This document shows positions 13,505 to 27,159 of a stretch of 64,000 nucleotides of DNA, piece after piece. The notes beneath the pieces were generated by a model. It saw nothing but the letters and a program-made list of their open reading frames with translations, had not been told where the DNA came from and did no database searches. The translations under genes and the position numbers were made by a program. Source of the DNA: Mytilus edulis (lineage: Eukaryota); the NCBI RefSeq assembly GCF_963676685.1, contig NC_092356.1:5952001-6016000 (forward strand). Direction: 5' to 3'. Every line of letters starts with the position of its first letter. The first letter of the stretch is position 1.

Positions 13505-14016
13505 CAAAACTAGAGGCCCTTAAGAGTCTGTGTAGCTCACCTTGGTCTATGTGCATATGAAGCTAAGAACACAGATGGATTCATGACAAAACTGTGTTTT
13601 GGTGATGGTGATGTGTTTGTAGATCATACTTTACTGAACATTTTTTTTGCTGATTACAATTATCTTTATCTTTAATGAACTTTGCCCAAAAGTAACATAG
13701 GGAAATATTTATTTTTTTTTAATTTACAAAATTTATGAAAATTGATTAAAATTGACTATAAAGGGCAAAACACTCCTTAAGAGGGCAATTGACCATGTTG
13801 GCCATGTTGACTTATTTGTAAGTCTTACATTATTGCTGTTTACAGTTTATCTTTGTCTATAATAATATTGAAGATAATAACCAAAAGCTGCAAAATTTTC
13901 TAAAAAATACCAATTCAGGGGTAGCAACTCAACAACGGATTGCCTGATTGGTCTGATAATTTCAGGGCAGATAGATCTTAACATAATGGACCATTTTAGG
14001 CCAGGTGAGCTAAAAA
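13505..14016. mobile_element. HINE/Helentron-like non-autonomous element
   Basis: Subterminal inverted repeat AGCTCACCT (~13534) and AGGTGAGCT (~14003), with A-rich flanks. Confidence 0.55.
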
Positions 14017-14730
14017 TTGAGAATTTGCTCTGATTTTAATTTACAAACTACACATCCTACAACTTAATAAGGAGACACATATGACTAAAATTCTATTTTT
14101 TTTTTTAAAGTTTTCAAAGATATGATGAAGTATTCTTGAGTAATGGTTTTCTCTGAAACAGTAAGTGGAAGTAAATCAAACAACATAAGATCTTTGTAAC
14201 AATTCTCTAAATTTTAATAAATCTGATTTGTTGTCACAGATGAAATAAATGAGTTTATCACCCAAAATACAACAACCCAACGATACACTACGATGTGTAA
14301 TTTATTTCGAATTTGTTTACAACCATTACATAGAATATGTGTTTCGAATAACACAATTTAATTAGGATATACATATGATTTATATTAAAATATTATCATA
14401 AAAAAGTTATATATGGTTTGAAAAGATATCATAAAAGATATTTTTAATATTGGTTTGTCTTCAACTATCAAACATCAAGTGGTGTTAACCAATAAAACAA
14501 CACATCTTTGTAACATTTCACAAACTTTCCATATCAAGTTACCCTCTTGTCATACATGAAATAAAAGTGTTTATTTACCAAAAAACATGTACATAACAAA
14601 GTCTTTCTGTACATAAATGAAATCCATTTAAGTTAGATTGATAGTAAAGAAAACAAAATTTGGTACAAAATATTTTGCACAAACAGATCCGACTTCGAAT
14701 ACACTCATTGTCTGAAGGAATTATTCATGT

Positions 14731-15561
14731 TTATTTATGTTGATATTTGACGTCAAAAGAAAAAGCATTTCCGTTAAAAATATTACAAACAAGAAGAATA
14801 TTTTCTTTTTTGTCATAATGAATTCCACACGGCCTAAACAATCCATCAGATTTAGTAAGAAGTTCTCTTTGATGTTTACCATCATCAGATACAACTATTA
14901 CAGTGTGTGCCGTCTTATTAGTCACATAGACATTCCCCTCATCATCTGTTGTTACACGAGTTAAATCTTGAAATCCATTCATTTTAAATTTCCACATTAC
15001 TTTTCCATCTAACGAGCAGCAGTATGTTGATGTTCTTTCTCTACAGACCAACCTGTCTCTGTGTACTGTAATGTCGAAGATATCGTCTGTAGGTAACGGT
15101 ATAGTACGTAGTACTTTACCTGTCAGGTCCATCACATGTATTATTCTCCAATCAATAACAACGTACAGGTTATTATCATTATATGATATTCCGTAGCAGA
15201 GACCACTGGTGTTGATTGTACTGGAGATAGAACGTGTAGATATATTTATTATCAGTATGGTATTGTTATGTCTACAGGATACTGCTACAGTGTTACTATC
15301 TATCTCTGTTATATAATATGGTTGATAGGATAGAGGAATGTAATGGATATCAGTACCGTCTGAATTACAAATAATAAGTCGTTTATTATTAGAGTCTGTA
15401 AACACCAATGTATTGCCTATTTGTATACAACTATCAATGAACTGACTTCCATCCTCTGACATCTTTATATTTATCTGTTTACGTAAAGTGACAGCAACAG
15501 GAAGGTTGTTTTTGACGGAGGCTTGATCATGGATGAATGTTTTTTCTTTGCTTGTTTCATT
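14731..15561 (-). CDS. Receptor-Roco exon 12 (terminal): NHL/6-bladed beta-propeller, similar to TRIM-NHL C-termini
   Basis: Blade repeats LVFTDSNNKRLIIC, CYGISYNDNNLYVV, VTTDDEGNVYVT, RPCGIHYDKKENILLVCN. The frame is open from 15561. The phase-0 acceptor position reads TAA rather than TAG; an in-frame CAG would start the exon at 15474. Linkage to exon 11 is inferred. Confidence 0.75.
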   Translation of the reverse strand, partial: NETSKEKTFIHDQASVKNNLPVAVTLRKQINIKMSEDGSQFIDSCIQIGNTLVFTDSNNKRLIICNSDGTDIHYIPLSYQPYYITEIDSNTVAVSCRHNNTILIINISTRSISSTINTSGLCYGISYNDNNLYVVIDWRIIHVMDLTGKVLRTIPLPTDDIFDITVHRDRLVCRERTSTYCCSLDGKVMWKFKMNGFQDLTRVTTDDEGNVYVTNKTAHTVIVVSDDGKHQRELLTKSDGLFRPCGIHYDKKENILLVCNIFNGNAFSFDVKYQHK

Positions 15562-16414
15562 TTAAAAAAAAATAAATTATGAAGTATCGAATTGATTATA
15601 AAAACAAGCGATTGCTTAATCTATAATTTAGTTTATCGCTTAAAGGAATTGAATGTTGTAAAACTTGTTTTGCACACTTTATACTGAACGTAATATTGAT
15701 TTGTTCAAGACCTCAAATTTTCTCTCGGATGTAAACAATTTAATTAAGTGTTATTTTCACTATTGACACATGAAGCTTAGCATAATTCAATGACATCATA
15801 TGTATATAGTGAAAGGAAAATTGAAAAAGTTTATAAATGACAGAGAGTCTTGTACTGGACACACCAATGCAGTGGAATACTATATGATTGGATTTATTTG
15901 GCCTTCCAATTTTAAATCATGAGCCCAAAAAAAATGTCAATATGATTCCTTTGTCCTAAACCTTAACCACGGACAGAAAAATGAACCGAAAAGGATGGAC
16001 TTTTCTTTACGAGTGTTTGTTGGTTGTTTAACGTCCAGTGACAAATAATTCGTGAATGTTCAGAACGAGAAAACAAATTAACAATACATACTACATTGGT
16101 AGGTAGGTTATGTAAGGGAGGCCGTGCAGGATTAAGGTCAGTGAAATATAGACTGCCACTGACAAACGAGAGTTAATTGGAAAGGGACAGAAATACCTTG
16201 TAAAATATCATATACGAACCCTTCGCAGAGCAGAGAGCATTGCACTATTAACACGAGTCTTAGATGTAATGTCCCCATTCTGACCGGACGTGGCTTGTAC
16301 ATCCCACACATTTAAACGAACGCTCTGCTTAGTCAAGAGTTTTACTGCCAATCGGAAGACATCTGATGTGACAAAAATTGAACATGCAATTTCACCAGAT
16401 TGTAAACATAATGA

Positions 16415-16675
16415 TATAAAAAGATGGGGTATGAGTGCCAATGAGACAACTCTCCATTCAAGTCAAACTTTGTAAAAGTAAACCATTATCGGTCAAAAAA
16501 CGACCTTCAACACGGAGCATTGACTCACGCCGAAGAACGAGTTTTAACGGGCCAAAACAATGACTAATTTAAACTATTCTGACAGGACAATCAACAGTCT
16601 AATTTTTATATAAAAAAAAAAACGGGAAACACTTAAAAAACGGGAACCACATAAAAAAACCGACAACCACTGTAC
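16415..16675 (-). repeat. SINE-like dispersed repeat (3' part)
   Basis: Reverse of ggagagttgtctcattggca.tcataccacatct, shared with copies near 40970, 46560, 47665, 59630 and 63140. Confidence 0.65.
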
Positions 16676-16843
16676 ATGTAAACAGGCCATTAATGTTCCT
16701 TTTTCGATTAGATATCTATATATATGCTGTTTTCTCTAATAATCAAATTAAGATGTAACAAAATGAAGAATACCACCATGGAACACAGATGAAGCCCCCG
16801 CTTTCATATGACGTTATAAAGGGTATAACTCGGAACGTGTTAA

Positions 16844-17553
16844 GGATGTACTCCTCTGAGGAGCCCACAATTTCTAGCATTAAACTTTTTTTTTTAAACC
16901 AGATTTTTTGGGTTTATATGACTGTAAAAAAAATATTCGTGAAGAAAAAATCATATGGTGGTGCGCTTCTTTTTTTTGCTACAGCCCTCTGAAAGTACCC
17001 AATTTTGAAGATTTTTCCATTTTTAATCAGTTTTTACCCATTTTTGGGCTATTATCGTGAAAAAAAATCACAGTTCCACAATTAAACTTTTTTTCATACT
17101 CTCAATAAAGATGAAGGGGACCAATCTGAATAAATTCAACTCACAAAAACTATAGGTAGGTGTTAATACAAGAAAGTTTTATCAGATTTTGATGCTTTTT
17201 CATGTCAAATTTATCATATTGACAATGTTTTTGATTTTTCTCTCTTCAAAGAACAAAATGCATATTTTTTCAACTCTCTAGTTATAAATGATTGAAAAAA
17301 ATACATATCTATGAAATTTGAAAAGAAAAAAATTATATGGAATGTTTATGTTTCTGGTAAATTATTTGTTTGTACCCCTCACCCATTTTTCTCAAAATTT
17401 CACTAAAAAAGACTGACTTGATTAGTAATAAAATTTGAAAATTTCATTACTTAAAAACTACTATTTTCCATTTATATCACAAGTTTTGGAAATAATTCTA
17501 GAACGAGATCTCAATGAGACTGAACGAGACTGAAATGTCAGAAGAATACATCC
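16844..17553. mobile_element. Kolobok-like MITE, 710 bp
   Basis: TIRs GGATGTACTCCTCTGA and TCAGAAGAATACATCC (14/16), with TTAA on both sides (16840-43, 17554-57). Purine termini favour Kolobok over piggyBac. Confidence 0.8.
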
Positions 17554-17591
17554 TTAAGACCTTGAATTCGGTACTGAATAAATAAATGATT

Positions 17592-18140
17592 AAAGAAAAG
17601 AGGGACGAAAGATACCAAAGGGACAGTCAAACTCATAAATCTAAAACAAACTGACAACGCCATGGCTAAAAATGAAAAAGACAAACAGAAAAACAATAGT
17701 AAACATGACACAACATAGAAAACTAAAGAATAAACAACACGAACCCCACCAAAAATTAGGGGTGGTGCTCCGGAAGGGTAAGCAGATCCTGCTCCACATG
17801 TAGCACCCGTCGTGTTGCTGATGTGATTACAAAATTTTAATCCGGTAAATAGTCTAATTCGGTAGGTCACATTCATGAAAGGGAAGGGAATTGTATTTAC
17901 GATGTAAGGAACATATCCGATATCATTTGTGAAACGGTTATTCCATAACGGTCAACCAACTCGTGATGGCGTCCGTAAAATTTAAGAAGGGATGATTTCA
18001 ACTTCACCATTTGGAACTCTTGGTTTAATAGCTTCCTTGTGAGCAGCAACCCTCTATCAAAAAAATCATGATAGAAAATGCAAACCCAGGGATATCGTAT
18101 CAATTGGGAGATATATACCCCGTATGCAGGTGCTGCTAAA
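17592..18140 (-). mobile_element. Penelope-like (Naiad-type) 3' fragment
   Basis: ORF 17897-18103 ..DRGLLLTRKLLNQEFQMVKLKSSL.KFYGRHHELVDRYGITVSQMISDMF plus the common 3' UTR. Confidence 0.85.
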
Positions 18141-21100
18141 ATGTTTTAATTATGAATACCATACTACGTGTCTTCCTGTAACGAAAACACCTGACATGGA
18201 GCAAGTTTTCCAAGGAAGGAGCTTCTTTACTGTGATTGAGAAAGCGGTACAAATGTCTCAATCTGAGGGTATCACCTCAAGACGCTTCAGGTGGCGCTTT
18301 GTGATGTATCAATATGCATCTACGTCAGATCGTGTAGGGCATCAAGACACTTTCTATAGATTTACCCTTACACCAATGTGTCCATGGAGTTGCACCCTTA
18401 CAAAAGGCTGAGTGTAATGTTTAATTACGCAGCCCCGTTCAGTCGAAATTGTAAATCTGAGATCTTGGTAAGTGAGGGTCATGTTCTCTTCGGTTTTAAA
18501 AACCTTTTAAGGATCTGCTTACCATTTTGAAGCTCATGACATCACCCAAATGTGTTCCATTGTTTGCAATCTTGTTCTATAGTTTTTGCTCGTATTTAAT
18601 ACCGTAATTAATGTTGCAGTATCTCGGGCTTCTGTTTTAGGTGAGACAGATTGTTATTGTATGAAAAATGCACAATGGACATCGCTTTATAATTCTCATA
18701 TGATGTGCATATAACAAATGTATAAGGGAATACATTTATATGACATTAAATGCATTATTTTTAATAAAGATTATGCCAATTCTACTGGTCTGAATGGGAT
18801 TAAATCGTCGTCATGGATATTCTATATTTTGAGTGTTTAAGAATATCCAGAAACCTATTGATTCGTTTCAGTTTATCAATTTCTTCAGGCTTTATACTGG
18901 TTTTCTTACTCCGCCACTAGCGTGGTTATTTTGATATCGACATTTCGTAGGGCATGTCTCCTCCTTAAAGTATGGTAAAAACAAGTAGGGCATTTACTTT
19001 GTATTTTTTTTTAAAAGAACTTTTTTTTATCGTAATGTTTATATCAAAACAAAACATAGCTTTACTAAATAACTGAAGGTTGATGTTATTGGATATAAAT
19101 GAATATGTTCTAGACTTAAACAAAGATAAACATTTTTAGCAGGCTATAAAGAATCAGTGACTTACGGGGGTGCCTTTGATTATGTACAATTCTGTATATA
19201 TATGGAGAGAAAAAAATAGAAAATGTGTAACAAAGTGGAGGTACTTTTCTTATTGTGAATGATTCTTAATTTCAATGAACTATTATATAATTTATTCAAT
19301 TACCAACAATATTCCGTGGATTATTTTCTGCATGCTCTTTATTTAATTTCGCAATTACCTGGAAAAGAAATGAGTAATTTTATTGAATGCAACACACGAA
19401 AACATGAACGATTAAACGATAACGTACGTGATGCAACTATATTGTCCTCTTTAATTTCAAATATACAATATTATCATTGACAAGCGATCTCGAGATAAAT
19501 TGTTCAAATAAACTATATCATACAGGGTTCATACTGATATACTTGAGTTGCTTGCATAGACAAAAGGAGGTTGTGTTTTTTCGAAGACCTAAAGACCGTG
19601 TCCTACAGAAGCAAAACCACTTACAGGTATTTATATTTAAAAACGAATTAACACCTCGCCACTTTGTCATCTGCATGGTCCGTGCCCGGAACAGTCGCAG
19701 AAGTTGCATTATGTAATTTTCCGAGACATAACCATGGTTCATCAACTTTCTATTTCAGACACTAGTGGCGTTTTTTTTTTAGAGTCTTAGCACCATAGCA
19801 GCAATTTTCCAACTTCACCTGTATATTTGATATATATTTCCCAACTCATTAGATATTTAATAGCTGCATCTGCTACTCAGACTTTATAAATCGTCAACAG
19901 TGTCTGGGCAGAAAGTTGATGAATCATCGTCATGTCAAAGAATGGATCTTCTTTTCCTAAAAAGGTTCATCGGAAGATACCAAGACTTCGTTGATAAAAA
20001 TACCGTATCAACTTAACATATAAAACATCATGGCCTTGAAGCATAGATGCTATGTATTGGCAGTGTTCATCATCTTGATAACGTGTTACAGTGTTCTCTT
20101 TATTTGACGTTGTTTTTTTTTTTTAACCTGTACTGTTCAGTAAATTTTTGGTATATACTTTTGGCTTTGCTATGTATTTATACAACCTGTCATTGTGCTA
20201 TGGTCCTATCTGTATTCTAGTCTTTCGTTTTTGCTCAAAAACATTGTCCATAAAGTGTCTTTATGACATTTCGGTTTTCTTTTGTTGAACTATAATATGT
20301 ATTTAACTCATATGGGACAAATGTGCCAAGTGAGCTTTTCTCATCGCATAAATGGAGTATATACATTTTGTACATCTGATAATATATACGATCGTTACAA
20401 TACATATTCATTAGTTACTACCATGTGGTGCTATCGTCTATTCGTTAGCTGGTGCCTTTGTTTTTGCAAGATTGAATATCACACCAATGTGATAGTAATT
20501 ATCACTTATAAAACTAACTACCAAAAGAAAAATTTCTGATACGTTTTGTTTTTTGATTTTGCCATGTGAGTATGGACTTTCCTAATTGATTTTCCTCTAA
20601 GTTCAGTATTTTTGTGATTTTACTTTTTACATAAAACATGTTCGTAGTTATCTTTAGTTTTTTGTGCTTATATGTTATAAGGATTTTATTTGAAAAATAA
20701 TATGGTTTCGACTATTTCGAATCGCTGTTACTTCGACAAATGGGGGAAAAAAAGATAACAAACGGCACCTTTGTCATGTATGGTGAATATCAACAATTAA
20801 TAATACGATTAATCAACGTGTGTTTTAAGAGTAGTCAAATTACTTTGAAAACCATTATCTGATGATAAAGAGTTAGGTTTTAACGATAAAGTGAAAAGCA
20901 AATTAATGAAAACAATGAAACGCAGAAGAAGAAAAAAAACAACAGCGAGATTGGATGGTTACACTATCAACATAGAAGTAAACTTTTGTTTAGAATTAAT
21001 TTAAAACACTAATATTTAACAAGTTTGATGTGCCATTAAACATGTAACCTGGACATGATGGATAAGCTATATTAGTTTACATGTTTTCAAATAATGCCAA

Positions 21101-21290
21101 AAAGACGATATATTCAAAACCTATTATATTTCTTTATATTCCATATCATATTATTTGATGATACTGATAGAGGTCTTCATTTACATTTAAATTCATTCTC
21201 CATTAACAAAAGCCAAATAAAAGCAACATCATTTTACGAACATACAATACCAAAACAAAATCGAGAACTCAAACAACAAATCCTACTTAC

Positions 21291-22520
21291 TATGTCAGCA
21301 TGTTGTAACCAGGTTTTCTCTACGTCGTCTTTACTATGCATTTCATTATGTTCAGGACACAAGTAGTGTCCATTTTCACACATTTCACCAAGTTTCTTCA
21401 AGGTAATCCTGCCTTCTTTATTAAAGTAGTCACCATTGCTACATTTTGCTTTAATATCGTAAGATATGCTCTGTCTTAATTTTTTCTTTAACTCTTTTAT
21501 CTTTCTACATAGCTCTACTAAAATGGTGCTATATGTGTTATCCTCCACATCAATTAATTTCCATATGTGTAAGGCTATGGCATTCTTTGAGAAACATATA
21601 CATAACTTTCTAAGACCAGTTTTATCTAAATTGACCAATGTCTTTCCTCTATATAACGTTTTCTGCCTCGCTTTCTCACAGACTGTATATCTTGTGATAT
21701 AATAGAATAGAATGTGATTGAAATAAGCCAGGGGGAGAAATTTAAATTCAAGAATCAACCATGGTGAAAAACTAAAACTACTCCTTTCACCTTCAAACAT
21801 TTTCTTAATAATATCGAGAGAAGTCGATTGCTGTTTAATCATACATGGCATATAGTATGAATTTGGTATTAAACTAGAATCGTCCTTGGTATCTTTAAAC
21901 TTGGGTTTTACTAAAATATCAAATTTTTCCATTACATGAAGTATATGATTTTTATATTTTCCGAACTCTAAGTCAAGTTCTTTTTCAAAAAGCCTATCAA
22001 TTATGTCATCTGATAACTGTCCTGTTTTTTTCAGATGTTGCCAGTCAGTGGAGTTTACTATTGCATGATTTCGTTTGAATTCATGGTCATCACATACTAG
22101 GCACCTGAAACATTTAACCAACCACTCTGGCTGTAAAATGATGTACTCCCTAATGTCATCGAAAAAAATAATGTTCCCAATTTTATGTTGGTAAGTAAGG
22201 AAAGGAAGAAGTTCTTTTTCTTCGATGAAAGTTATTTGGGATAATTCCACAAAATTCTGGAATGACAAAATAGTCTGTTTCGATTCGTGTTTCAACACGC
22301 TTAACGCATTTTCTAGTTGAATCCACTGCGTGGGGAGCTCTTCCTCGAAAAACATCGTCTCATTTGCAACTTCATAAATTTTGTCTTTCAATTTTTTACA
22401 GTCGCGTTCAAGTAATTCTGTGTTAGAAATAAAATGTATGCCTCTATTGTGATTAGCTTTATCTTCACCTCCAAAAATTTCTTCAAATCTTTCGATGTAT
22501 TCTGTTTTCCTCTTTTCAAA
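21291..22520 (-). CDS. Receptor-Roco exon 11: end of ROC (G5, HFISN) and COR domain
   Basis: Acceptor (T)nAG|TTT, donor ATA|GTAAGT, 1230 nt, phase 0-0. Motifs EELPTQWIQLE, LTYQHKIGNIIFF, IILQPEWLVKCFRCLV, MEKFDIL, YYMPCM, FKFLPLAYFNHIL. Confidence 0.93.
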
Positions 22521-23532
22521 CTAAAAAAAAAAACAACTGAAATTGAAATACTTTTGTCAAACAGATACACCTTTATACATTTTATAACTATGCACAAAAT
22601 AATACTGTGATATTTTAGTGTTCTAGACGTCTCAAAACAAGATTCTTTTGTAACATGGAATTTTAAATCTTTATATCTTTGTTCGTGTACAAGTTAAATC
22701 TAACAAACACACATGACACCAGATAATAACATGCAATACACGCTAATCGACTTGAAGACGCGAAAATATATAAGTTTATGCAAATCATATTGTAATTTTT
22801 GTTATATCGTTAATGGTTTTGTTTTAGCGTTTTGCTTTATATTCCTTTTTTTAAAACTCCAAATACTAAAACTAGTGTACAAATATAGTACAACATACTG
22901 TCCAAGCAGAAGTAAATGAACATACTCGTTTGCATACTACATATTATCTTGATAAACGCGACGGCATACACGTTGTAATTTTAAAATGTTTTTCTTTACT
23001 TCTTCTCGTTTATGGGTTTTGTTGATTATTCCTCTTTTTAAATAAAAAAAAATGGTAAGTAACATATACCTATTTAACATAATTAATCAACCAAATGATG
23101 TTTGTTTTTGTACTTTGTATTTGCTATTTTTGTATAGTACTCAATTGTCATACAAATTTGATTAACAGAACTTGTTCGTTGTTTACATCATTTAAATCGA
23201 TGCATCTTTTATGTTAAAAACATGCATTTACAATAATCGACAATTCAATAGTATATATATATAAACATTTTATTCATGTTCATGATGTTATTATCATATC
23301 AAAGTTTTGATTGTAAAAATGTTTAAGTTGATAAAAAGCACAAAATGTGTAATAATTAAGAAAAATATAAATAAGTTAACACATTTGTTTACCTTTAAAT
23401 CTCTATTTAAGTTTGCCATTGGTGCAAACAGTGCTTTCAAAGCGCAAACGTCGGAAAAGTTCATAGAATATCCTTAAAGATCGTTATAACTTCTTAAAAA
23501 TCATTTTGACCGAAGCGGTCTGCAGACTACAT

Positions 23533-25020
23533 TAAAGAGGGACGAAAAATGCAAGAGGGACAGTCAAACTCATAAATCGAAAATAAACTGACAACGCCAT
23601 GGCTTAAAATGAAAAAGACAAACAAACAAACAATAGTACACATGACACAACATAGAAAACTAAAGAATATCACGAATTCCACCAAAAATTAGGGATCTCA
23701 GGTGATCAGGAAGGGTAAGCAGATTTTGCTCCACATGTGGCACTCGTTGTGTTGCTTATGTGATAACAAACACGGTAATTAGTCTAATTTACTAGGTCAC
23801 ATTCATGAAAGGGAAGGGGGTTGTAGTTACGACGTAAGGAACATATCCGATATCATTGGTGAAACGGTTATTCCATAACGGTCAACCAACTCGTAATGGC
23901 GTCCGTAAAATTTACGAAGGGATGATTCAACTTCACAATTTGGAACTTTTGGTTTAATAGCTTCCTTGTGAGCAGCAACCCTCTTTAATGAAAATCATGA
24001 TAGAAAATGCAAGCACGGGAATACCGTATCAATTGGGAGATATATACACCGTATGCAGGTTGCTGCTGGAATGTTGCTACTTACTCTTTTGTCGTAAAGT
24101 TTTGTTTTCAGCCGACCCTCATTGTCATTTCCTAGATGTAAGTCAAGATATTAGGCCGACTTAACTATATCTGTAATATCCTTTATCCCTAGTTCGATGC
24201 GTTCAACATTGTCACCAAATTTTGAATTATTTCATGAAAGAATATCATCTATATAGCGGAAATTAGAGTTAAAGTATATTGCTAACTTCTTATCTTTCTA
24301 CGTAAGAAGTTCCTGTATGAATTCAGCTTCATAATAATAAAGAAACAAGTCGACAAGAAGAGGGACACAATTTGTTCCCATTGAAATACCGACAGTCTGT
24401 TGAAAACGTGCTCCGAACGTAACAAACATGTTGTCAATAAAACAATCAAGCATCTTGATAATGTCAGTTTCAGATGATTTTTTTTTGGAATCAGAGTGAT
24501 TTTTCCCTCCGTAAGACAAGATACTTGTATCTACGTTGTCCATTCTTTTTTAAGAAACACAGCAATACCAACTTTTTTCAATATGGCGTTTAGTTTGGAA
24601 TGTGAATTACTTGTGTAAAGTGTAGAAAAAATCAAGTTTTAATACTATTACAAGATGAAAGAGAGTAAGATTGTATGTACTTTAAAAGATCTTTGGAATT
24701 TTTAAGTATCCACATCTGATTCACGCCCCCTCTAGAATAGGCAGTTTCACAATAACTTTGAAGCCCGTCTTTGATTGCTGATAAAATAGATGTTAATTAT
24801 TTAGAAAGAGGTTTCGTAGAGCACTTGAAAGACCCAGCAATAAACCATGGCTTGTAAGGACACTTGTGTAGTTTAGGTATCCAATACAGTGATGGAAGAT
24901 CTTTGCTTTTATCTCATATATATACATGATAAAGCCATGGGACTTTTTCTCTGAACAATTGGTTTTTAATTTATTTGTTTTCTTTATTTTTTTACGGTGC
25001 TTTTTCATTTCGCAAGATGT
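23533..25020 (-). mobile_element. Longest Penelope-like (Naiad-type) RT copy; internally deleted and frameshifted
   Basis: DFSTLYTS, FIDNMFVTFG, FQQTVGISMGTNCVPLLVDLFL, FRYIDD, then the same C-terminus and 3' end as the other copies. Confidence 0.88.
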
Positions 25021-26342
25021 AGCTTAGATTTTTTTGCTTATGATATCGAACAGTTATTGCGACATTGAAACTGACACTGTTTTAACCGAACACTTTTTAT
25101 TTTAAGAATTATCACCGCAGACACTAGTTTTATTGTGTACGCATCTTCTTAACAGCCGTAAAAGATTACGAAAAAATTACGTCACCAATTTTCTCGTTAA
25201 ATCCTCAGGATCTCAAAAATAATGTTAACCGAGGCGGTTCGAAAACTCCATATGACAGTTATTTCCCCCTCCTGTATTTAAAATAAGTAAAATGTAATTG
25301 TAATTGGTAAACTAAAAGTCATAGAGACCTAGAATGACAAATGAGTTTTTATCCATTTATTTCCTTTTATTTTCAAAATTAATGACCACAATAACTTAGA
25401 TGAGTTTTCATATCAGTTATCAACATATCTTTGATCTTGAATAACTGAATCTTACCACATTTAACTAATATTATTTATCATAAAATGTTTGCTGCATTTT
25501 AAAATCTGGCAGCAATATCTATAATTTAATAAATTTTGTTCGTTGATTCATCTTAATTGTGGATATTTGTTGGAAATTTTATATATAACTAAAATCGATA
25601 ACATGTGGAACAGGTTGACTTTGTAAACTGGATTGCCTTTCTACTTTAGAGGTGGACACTGTAAAGAATAAAAAGATTTAATACCTGTTTAATTTGTTTA
25701 ACAAGATGGCATTTTAATTAGTTTGACGGATCGTTATTATCTATTTCGTTTACCTAATGACCTAAAGGGAATCTATTTGACTGGTACACAAATAATTTAA
25801 AACGTATTGGATTATATTGAATAAAGTTAACATTTTGTGTCAAGCTTATTAAATACGTGTATTCAGTAATCTATTTTAAATAGGGTTAATGTCTATATGG
25901 CCATGACCGATGCATATAAATCCTGGTTACCATTGACACTTTGGTAAAATTCAGATGCAAAACTATCTAGAGAACTATTCATACAATCGCTTGAAATAAA
26001 AACAATTCTGTTTAGTCTGTTAAGACTGTTCTGTAGTTGACACTTTGTCTCAAATATCTTTAAAGTTTTGCTTATGTTTGGCTTAAATTTGGCAAATAAC
26101 TGTAATGGTGCAATTTAATAAGTCATATCGCGTTTGCATTGTCATTTCTATAATGCTACTTTTAGCAGGTTATATGTAACCAATACTTATATCATCCAAT
26201 TGCATGTTTAATCGGTCAACTTCCATTATCAAATTAACACAAAAACATATCTTTTCTTGGAAACGTATGTTTATATTCTGACATATACAAATATTTGAGA
26301 AAGCTACACAATGTCTTTATCGATATAATCGTCATACTGTAC

Positions 26343-26497
26343 CTCTCCAACTGTTTTGTACTCATCAATATGAGTGCATACTACAATGACTGGTGGATAT
26401 AATCTATGTTTTGAATACCCTTTTGGTATAGTTGGTCTTATATCTGAAGAACTTGTATTTAAACAATGAATACTGTCAAACCAAAAGTCAATGTATT
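26343..26497 (-). CDS. Receptor-Roco exon 10: ROC G4 region
   Basis: ttttcag|AA TAC.. encodes EYIDFWFDSIHC...PPVIVVCTHIDEYKTVGE, donor GAG|GTACAG. 155 nt, phase 1-0; absent from the ORF track. Confidence 0.9.
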
Positions 26498-27159
26498 CTG
26501 AAAAGAAATAAACAAATTGCTCAACTTTTTATGTGGCGCATTTCATCTATGTGATAGACGAAAATTGAAAGCGAAGCGTGTCCCACGGACACAGCGAAAC
26601 CAATATCTTGACGACCGAGTAAATTATTGCAGGCAGTAGAGATTTAAACATAATATTAGCATCATTCAAAGGAAATTTATTTAAACCAAAATAAATTTAA
26701 AAAGAATTCAATGTATTTGAAAATTTGAGTTTTCGAAAACTACGACGTTTCTGTTGCGGTTCAGTATATATTAAATTTGATTGTATTATTGTTGAATAGG
26801 AAATGTGTCGCTTCTCTTCCTTCCCTAATAAATAAATCATCATACATTTTGTACCTCTGTGTCCTTTAGGTAACATGCATCGTCGCATTTGTCACTTATT
26901 CTTATGATTATTCAGATTGAGTTATTTTGGTAAAAAAAACCATAAAAAAGATGTCCGGATATTGTTTCCGACATCAGACTGATTTAAAGTCATACATAAG
27001 ATTTTCGGTGTTGGGGCATGTTATTGGGAACCAATCGTATGATAGATAACAAAAGTGAATAATAAATAAGCCAATGAGAGCGTTTCTTAATATCATGGAC
27101 AGGACAATTTTTTTTGTGTGTACATGTAAACTACGATTATACTACAAAAATATTATAAA

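Noticed and set aside
12428-13556. Long hydrophobic ORFs of up to 324 aa in three minus frames
   Set aside because: They result from a stop-free 30-bp tandem repeat open in all frames, with no splice or domain context.
22388-22597. ORF suggesting a frameshift upstream of the COR ORF
   Set aside because: The correct frame is open from the acceptor at 22520 straight into the COR ORF, so no frameshift is needed.
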